Assembly (NCBI GenBank): GCA_023515725.1
Contig: JALDTO010000013.1
Span: 93,715-157,714 of the forward strand
Direction: 5' to 3'
Length of the DNA: 64,000 nt
From: Amoeboaphelidium protococcarum X5
Lineage: Eukaryota; Fungi; Aphelidiomycota
The first letter of the stretch is position 1. Every line of letters starts with the position of its first letter. The notes below the pieces were generated by a model. It was not told where the DNA came from. It did no database searches and was given only the letters and a program-made list of their open reading frames with translations. Position numbers and translations under genes: made by a program. This document shows, piece after piece, positions 57,278 through 64,000 of the stretch.

Positions 57278-57724
57278 TCAAAAATTTCTATTTTCAATGC
57301 GAGGCACGTACTTCCTTGGAATGAAGAATGGATGCAAATTGCCAGCATTTTCAATCAAATGGCGGCCAATATAGTATGTCACCTGCGCCCAGAGAATCAG
57401 CATGATAGTCAAAGTCGCAGTATTAGCAGAAGGACTTGTTCTTCTTCCGCACCACGAAACTTTCAATTCCCTTGGTCAAACAGACAAAGCAGATTGTGGA
57501 AGACATTGGCTCGGGAGTAATCACCACCTGAGCATATTCATTTAGCAAATGAACAAATTGTCGAAGGGGAAATTATCCATTAAGACCAGATCGCTCCAGA
57601 ACATACGCTCCGTAGAAGATCAAATAATTCAGACGGTCCGTCTATTTCAGCTTTTCACCCTTCACAGGAAGTAGAGTTCTCACAAAATCTAACGCGACAC
57701 TTTTGTTAAAATGATAGAGTTCTA
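57278..57724 (-). pseudogene. 3' half of the interrupted compact Fanzor/TnpB-like RuvC gene
   Basis: ELYHFNKSVALDFV...YLIFYGA...VVITPEPMSSTICFVC...FCQYCDFDYHADSLGAGDI: RuvC-II E (57512), two CxxC, RuvC-III D (57398). In-frame stop at 57351, or 57278 after a frameshift near 57375. Confidence 0.82.
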
Positions 57725-57815
57725 CTGTATTTTTCACAATTAAGCAAACTAGGGACAGCAACGGATTTGCACCGCCGATCAGACTGTTGCGCGCGGAGCC
57801 TGGACTGATCATTAT
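57705..57815 (-). ncRNA. Candidate Fanzor omega-RNA (scaffold to element end, plus flank-derived guide)
   Basis: About 85 nt between the Fanzor stop and the element end, with stems GATCAG/CTGATC and GGCGG-TGCAAAT-CCGTT; position matches the known TnpB/Fanzor omega-RNA layout; 5' limit unknown. Confidence 0.6.
57725..57748. repeat. Terminal inverted repeat (end 3' of Fanzor)
   Basis: 57726-57738 TGTATTTTTCACA is the exact reverse complement of 61061-61073; similarity extends to about 24 nt. Confidence 0.88.
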
Positions 57816-59899
57816 TGAGGACGCGGAGGATCGTATCGAAATGGAACCGGCCTTTCACCATCGTCACGATTTCTTGCCAGAAAGATGTAGCGAATGTTAC
57901 GTGCTGCATTCACATCACGGTGCCAGATAGCTAAGCAATTGTTATTTGGACAATGCTTAATTCTCCATACTCGTGATTGACCAAGCTCACTCTCGCAATT
58001 ACTACATCTTTGACTGGTTCGATATTCAGGGACCAAGCGGACTCTGCAGCGTTTCTTCAGCTCATAAAACAGCCGCTTGTTAGGAGTCGCAGGATATCCA
58101 GGAGACGCAGTGTCAAAGTTGCCAGCGCCGTATGCAATGATGGTGTTATGGTCAAACTAACCATCTTGGCGGAGAGTCAGCATACGCGCCAAATTGTCAT
58201 AGGCCCTTTGGCGCTAGGAGAATAGCTTTCTCCTCAGCTTTCGCCACTTCTCAGGACGGTAGAAGCCAGTGAATGCATCTCTATGTTGCAGTACGTACTG
58301 CAAATGTTAGATGATCCCCAGAAACGAAGTTGATTTGGCGGAAGGAATCTGGGCCATGGCATTAACGACCTCTGGAGCTATTTCATTCCATGCAGCCTTC
58401 TTCTTTTCACCAAACTTTTCTCCGTTCTCTTCACGCCATCTAGCAGTCGTGTACACCAGCTCATGCGTTCCATCAGCAAACGGCGTCTGATCGGTTGGAA
58501 CATCTGCAATCCGGTCATCAGGACCACAAGAAGCAGCCAAAAGCACGCCACGATTGACGTCAATCCCGATAACGCGGGTCTCATTGTTTACATCCAGCGG
58601 TTAATATCCGGTACCATCGAAAGCGAACCCGTAGCGGCTAGCAGGAGGGGCAGGATAGGCAGGACGTAAAACGGAAGCAGAACAGCCAACACCATCGGAT
58701 GTAATGGAGTAGCCAAAACGTCTTCTCTGATTGCCAGTAGTGGAGACCTTGTTCAACTTGAAACATTGTGACCACAAAGCGTGAACATCCATCTGACGGA
58801 CATCTGGCAGATTAGCAGCAACACATATCTCCTTCAGCACATTGGAGGTGATCAGGATGTGTTTCTGCGTAAATCCATTTAGAGGCAGCAACGCGTAAAC
58901 GTTTAGTAGAGGACCTTCATTGTTTAGCAGATACTCCTCCTCATACATTTGATGATTATTCTCAAATGTACGAAGGATACGCCACATGGATTTCAGATAC
59001 AGATGCCAGTTGTTCTGAAGACTAGCCTTATCCATTGGGAGATTGCAAAGGATATATTGACGTGCACGCGTCTCGTAGTAGTCCATGTAATACACCACCA
59101 ATTCTCCGTTACCACAATTGTCGATGATTTCTGCAGGATAAGGAGGCATTTCTTCAATATCTTCAGGTGGGTTTATCAACGCCAAGACATAAACAGCAAC
59201 GGTGCAAACATCATCCTCCTCCAAACAGAAGCCGAGATGTTTTCGAAACTTGTGGCGCAGCCATTGTTTCAGCCTTGATGGCAAGTTTGTGCTTATATGT
59301 CTAGCGCAATCGTCATTGTGAGCTGAAGCCAAGGCAGTAACCATGTTTGAGTAGCCTCGCATGTCACACCAAAACAAGTCAGCAGGACGACGAGGTACAT
59401 AGTGTGCTTCAATAAACTCGTTTAAAGCCGCCCAGTTGCAGGTATTACGATTAAGCAGATCACGCCGCCTAGGATTAGCAATCAAAGAGCTGAAGAAGTT
59501 ACGCATCTACCCATTTGCGCCAAAGCGGATGTCTGGCATTGGAGTGTCAGGATTGTATACCAAATGATTAAGCACGAAGGACAGGAGAAGTCTGCAAGCC
59601 TCTACTTTGAGATCAGTACAACGCGAAACCAAATCACTTATCTCATGCTTCACCGCGTCGATTTTGCAAAATACATTTAAACCAATAGGTACAGCTACGT
59701 AGGCTTCAGCCACAGGTATTCCCATATTGTCTTGTGGTTTGGCAGCATTTTTCGCACGAGGGACATAATTGGGACACAGTTTACTGGATGAGCGCTTGTG
59801 ATCGTCGCGACCACATGCTTTACAATTTACTTCTCGTTGACGTTTACGCGGCGGTAAGGCACCACCGATATCAGCTACCTCTATAGGGGGATCTGCCAT
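57809..59899 (-). CDS. Fanzor1 RNA-guided endonuclease (eukaryotic TnpB homolog), intact, 696 aa
   Basis: One frame with 6 TAR=Gln codons. NLS-like PPRKRQR, CCHC knuckle, ITSDGVGCS, RuvC-I VIGIDVNRG (D 58561), IIAYGAGNF...P.TP, RuvC-II LVPEYRTSQRCSNC (E 58027), CPNNNC, RuvC-III WHRDVNAARNI (D 57916), RP tail. Confidence 0.93.
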
Positions 59900-59944
59900 T
59901 TCTGATTTTATTGAAGAAAAGAGTTGAAACCAGTCCGATTACGC

Positions 59945-59976
59945 TTTTATACCCAAAAAACCAACTTTATGATTGG
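59945..59976 (-). promoter_or_regulatory. CCAAT box and TATA box upstream of Fanzor
   Basis: Minus strand CCAAT (59976-59972) and TATAAAA (59951-59945), 45 nt before the ATG. Confidence 0.5.
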
Positions 59977-60479
59977 CAGAAAATGGCTCGGACGAATCTC
60001 AAAATGGAGTCCAGCTTTGCCAAATCTAATTTTAACCGCTAAGTCAAGTAGTTACTATAAATAGGAGGAAGCAGATCAACGTTAAGATCTTGACACAAGA
60101 TATAGACAGCCGCTAAATTGAGAAGTGACCAATGCGTCTATGGAACATCTAATGAAGTTAATCATCGGTTGAGCAATGAACGATATATATTTTGATTAAG
60201 CGCTATACATTTTGTTAAATTTATATTACGCATTATTGTACTTCGATTTACGCTTACATGGTAGTTTTGTTCGTGCGCAATTATATTGGTACACATCAAG
60301 GCTTAATGTAGACATTTGTCATAGTAAAAGAGTCTTCTGATTATGACTTTGAATAATCGGCGGACAGCTGCAGTATATACTGAACGGCTACAGTATATTT
60401 TCCCCCCTTTTGGTTCCTCTTAACAGCCTCTACTCTTAGGTTGCTGACGCTTGCAACAGATGCTTCAATCGCCTCGTTT

Positions 60480-61007
60480 ACCTACAATCATAGTAAGATG
60501 AGAATCGACTCCAACGAGCGTTCAATCGACAATATATATTCAAAGGCTGAACAGGCTTAAAGGATATGTTTTTGGTGATCAATGCTGGCATGATGCATGT
60601 CAATAAAAATCCACCAGTGCCCGTTGTAGATTTAACGCGTCGCCTCAGTCGTCGTGGATTGGTCGTCTCCGTCCCCAGATACCACAGTACAAAGCTCTGC
60701 TCATGTTGCCATCATGGGCTTCGGTTGGAAAAGGTTGGTGTTTACGACTGTCACCATACGAAGAGTAGAAGGCGCGTCCCCAAGTAGTCCCACCCTGTGC
60801 TATGTTGCTTTGATGCTTCTAGCTCCTTTCTGCATGTATCGTCCAGCTGTCCTGACCGTCAACAGAAGTAGGTGGAGTCAAGCTTAGCTTTTGCCCAAAT
60901 TGCTAAGTCTAAGGCCTACCTTATTTGTATATCGGGATGTCAACGCAACTTAAAGCATGCTACTGATGGCAGTAGATTTTGCGGAGAGTAGAGGACGCCC
61001 TGATTGA
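60480..61007 (+). pseudogene. Decayed second Fanzor (C-terminal remnant) inside the element
   Basis: LVINAG...PPVPVVDLTRRLSRRGLVVSVPRYHSTKLCSCC, then CPNC (60892) and YRDVNATQSM...GRPD (60930-61004), spread over three frames; RuvC-II Glu position reads Arg; 5' limit approximate. Confidence 0.78.
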
Positions 61008-61049
61008 AATCGTCGCGTTTGACACCACGCTTGACCTACTTTGTTGTGA

Positions 61050-61074
61050 TTCGCTTAAAATGTGAAAAATACAT
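61050..61074. repeat. Terminal inverted repeat (end 5' of Fanzor)
   Basis: TTCGCTTAAAATGTGAAAAATACAT followed by TA at 61075-61076. Confidence 0.88.
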
Positions 61075-61467
61075 TAATTGCAAAGAGAGGACTTAGTCGC
61101 TTGAGTAATATTCACGCATTTCTTGAAATCTACCAAGATACAAAGGCAGGCGATCTTAAAGAACCTTCAAATCTACAGTCTTCAAACTACGAGCAAACTC
61201 TCGACTTTATTCTGAATGCTGTTATACTGCTGCAGCAACAGTTGGCGATAGAATCTTCTTCATATAATCCTGCTTACTGATCACAACACGGACAGACTAA
61301 TCGTACACAATCTGATTCAGAGGTAATACTTGATTCTCCAGTTATGGCATGTATGATGATATCCAATTCTTTAAACCAGCATCTACGCCAATTTTTATAG
61401 CATGCTAATAGTTCAAGATCTAAGGTACATCAAACGTTATAGATTAACAGGACCTCGGACGATCCAT
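61075..61467 (-). pseudogene. 5' half of the interrupted compact Fanzor/TnpB-like RuvC gene
   Basis: MDRPRSCQ...AIKIGVDAGLKNW (RuvC-I D 61383)...VVISKQDY...SLKTVDL...EYYSSDQVLSLQL, 131 codons open up to the TA. Confidence 0.82.
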
Positions 61468-61570
61468 GAAAAACAGCAAATCGCGTCTACCTCTCTTTCT
61501 TCGGTATTGTTGATCATTAATTAGGACTTTTAATATCCAGAAGAAATCAGTCTCATTTTTATTGCAATAT

Positions 61571-63426
61571 ATGAGCTTAATATTTGGGAAAATTAAGGGA
61601 ATTGTGCCCATATTGGACTGGCTTCCAAAACGACCCAGAAAATATTTAGCTCAGGATGTTGTATCATCGCTGACAGTTACACCCTTTGTTATACCTTAGG
61701 CTTTAGCTTATGGCACTCTGGCAGGTATTATAGTACATGTTCACTTATTAGTAGACTAATATAAGTGTTCAATTGATATAGTATTATTGTAGGACTGGCG
61801 CCATAGTATGGACTATATACTTCGCTACTTCCACCGCTGGTATTCTCAATTTTTGGATCTTCACCTCATGTTAACATTGGTGTATTCGCTGTGATATCTA
61901 TACTGCTCAAGAGTGGCGTAGATGGAGTGATGACATATCTTAATCTGGAAACTGCCGATGAACACAACTAGAGTATACTTGAGGCGCGGGTACAGTTGGC
62001 AATGTGTATTACGTTCATGGTGGGTATTTTGGGTATGGTGATGTCTGCGTTCCGAGTCGGCGGTCGTGTCGTTAAAATAATGAATGAGTACACTATCAAT
62101 AGTCTTACATGTGGAGCCTCTTTTCATATTGGAACATCGTAATTTAAAGAGTTTCTTGGTATTCGACAATATGCTGCTCATGTCGCTGCAGTTGAAGAGG
62201 CTCTCAACCTGCGGCAGAGTACTGTATTTGGTTTTGGCGTATAGTGGGCAGCTATTGCTCGTGCTTTCAAGATGGGCGATGTTCATCTGCCTACTGTCAT
62301 ATTTGGCTTTAGTGTATTACTTGCCGTGATTGCCTTCAAAATTGCTGATAAGAAGGCGAAAGCCTGGGCTTTATCAGACACACGGAATGAAGTCGTTGGT
62401 GACTTGTCTAATTATCGTCAACTGCCGGCTGATAATGTAGATCATTCATTAGTGTAACAAACCGCTGCTTCTAATTAATCGTCATAATCGGGGAGTAATC
62501 TTAAATCGCGACTTGTAAAGAGATTGAGGTAGATGGTTAAGTTGCCTCTGCCTGAGGTATTCATAGTCATCATTTTGTGTATAATTGTTGTATATGCAGG
62601 TTAATTGAGTAAAGACCCTATTCATATCAAAATTGTTGGCCATATTCCTTCTGGAATGCCGCCTTTTATTCTACCTTGGAGTATGGACCGTGTATTTGCA
62701 CTTTTGAATGTGTGCAATTTAGGATCTATATACGCGCATTTAATTGTACCTGTAATTGTGCTATTCACTGCGGCATTCTTACTGGCTACCTCTATTATTG
62801 TATTCTACCAGGAGAATGGAGTCGTAGAGAGGGAGATGGATTTGAATCAAGACTGGCTGGCTCTCTCATTATGCTCTCTGTTTGGTTCATTCTGCTCAGC
62901 GTTTGTGCCAACTGCATCTCTAGCCAGGACAGCCATTGTGAATGATTCTTATAAGAGCACGCCACCATCACAGTTGCTATCAATATTCAGCGTGATAATG
63001 ATTGTCATTGTTCTGTACACTCTTACGCAGACGCTGGCGTATATACCATATTGTGCACTGAGTGCAATCATTCTCGAGTCTATGCGAAAGATTTTTGGAC
63101 AGATGACGAAAGGTCTGAATTTATTGCGAGATCGTCCCAAATCTGCAGATACGTTCATCTGGTGGATGACATTCCTGGCGATTGTGCTGATAAATTTGGA
63201 GTATGGACTGCTAATAGGATTCACGCTGTCAATAGGTGATAAGCTGCGCATCCACTTATTATTACTAAAGAACTCATCAACTGCTAGTGATTATTACGAT
63301 TAGATTGTAGATCATCAAGTGATCAGCAATGATGATGCAGAATCAGACGTTCTCATCGGCGTTGAGGAGGATTCCTCACCACTCCAGGAAATTAGACATG
63401 ATCTCTTTGTATAGTAAAGTAAATGA
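61571..63426 (+). CDS. SLC26/SulP anion transporter lacking a STAS domain; intron 61725-61792
   Basis: PILDWLP, VIPQALAYGTLAGLAPQYGLYTS, FGSSPHVNIG, VGHIPSGMP, NQDWLAL, ASLARTAI, CALSAII. Confidence 0.9.
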
Positions 63427-63769
63427 TATACAGTAGTTACTATTTCTATGCACTTTGTAATCTTAACATCACGTAGCTTCATTGTACAATGTCCCTCTCA
63501 CCTCCAGTTCTTTTAGACGCGTATGCGTTGAGACAAGTAGTCCTAACGATCAATCCATAACAAGGCGCTCGCTGTCGTCTATCTTCCTCTTGTAACTCTC
63601 ATGATCTCTTTCCGCTCTCTCTCTTTCTCTCTCACACACTGCGATAGTTGAAACTTTCCTCACTTGGTTTTACTGCACTCCAGTACTATATTAAGAATCT
63701 CTTGCCATTATCTTCTTGGTGGTGTACAACTACAACTTTGTAATTAAGTATAGTGAAATAATAATAATA

Positions 63770-64000
63770 ATGTAGTCCTTTCTGCTTAATGTTGCCAGCT
63801 ATCTTACGCCTGTAAATACAGTGTCCACATTCAAGGACACTGGTAGATTGACACCGGAAGAGTTTATTGCAGCTGGTGATTTCCTCTCTATGAAGTGTCC
63901 CTCATGGAAGTGGGAGAGTGGTGAAGATACTAAGCGGAAGGATTATTTGAATTCTAGAGGTATCAAGTAGTATTTATGTGCTAAAGGAGTGTAGTGCACA
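63770..64000 (+). CDS. ATG3: Autophagy E2-like enzyme Atg3, 5' part (runs off the window)
   Basis: MQSF...YLTPV...[28 protein letters not shown]...KQYL; codon 2 is TAG. Confidence 0.93.

Larger units (their letters stand above)
57725..61074 (-). mobile_element. Non-autonomous TIR DNA transposon carrying Fanzor1, 3350 bp, TA target-site duplication
   Basis: TA|CTGTATTTTTCACAATTAAGCAAA ... TTCGCTTAAAATGTGAAAAATACAT|TA; removing the element and one TA restores the flanking ORF in frame; no DDE transposase seen. Confidence 0.88.

Noticed and set aside
57672-57723. Direct repeat TAGAGTTCT (57672 and 57715) as a TSD or self-target
   Set aside because: Both copies lie on the same side of the element, within the interrupted ORF. 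The real TSD is TA.
59900-60480. Transposase for the Fanzor element
   Set aside because: Only short frames with TGA stops; no DDE/D, Y1 or serine-recombinase motif seen.
63470-63740. Possible tubulin cofactor A-like small ORF on the minus strand
   Set aside because: The resemblance is vague, there is an internal TGA and no clear start; it cannot be supported without a search.
1-64000. Reading the fragmented ORF track as mass pseudogenisation or many tiny genes
   Set aside because: The fragments join in frame once TAA/TAG are read as Gln. Most remaining short ORFs are antisense or off-frame shadows.

Overview
Gene-dense eukaryotic DNA in which TAA and TAG encode Gln and only TGA is a stop. 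This is why the supplied standard-code ORF track looks shredded. The recoded, fungus-like gene set (MedA, Fmp27, Leu5, Nar1) fits an aphelid such as Amoeboaphelidium protococcarum (inference). Re-read with this code, the window holds about 27 mostly intron-poor host genes, including UBR1, LEU5, NAR1, RAP1-like, FMP27/BLTP2, SLC35E1, alpha-amylase, TMEM135, SAMHD1, MRPL34, MCMBP, seipin, RINT1, symplekin, MedA, SUV3, SLC26 and ATG3. The highlight is 57.3-61.5 kb. A 3350-bp transposase-less element (57725-61074) with short TIRs and a TA target-site duplication carries an intact 696-aa Fanzor1 (eukaryotic TnpB-like RNA-guided nuclease), a candidate omega-RNA and a second, decayed, divergent Fanzor. 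It is inserted inside a third gene, a compact RuvC-only Fanzor/TnpB-like ORF that rejoins in frame when the element and one TA are removed. The empty site, the guide and the TAM can therefore all be predicted from this window. All coordinates and translations were derived by hand; family calls rest on motif recognition, not database searches.
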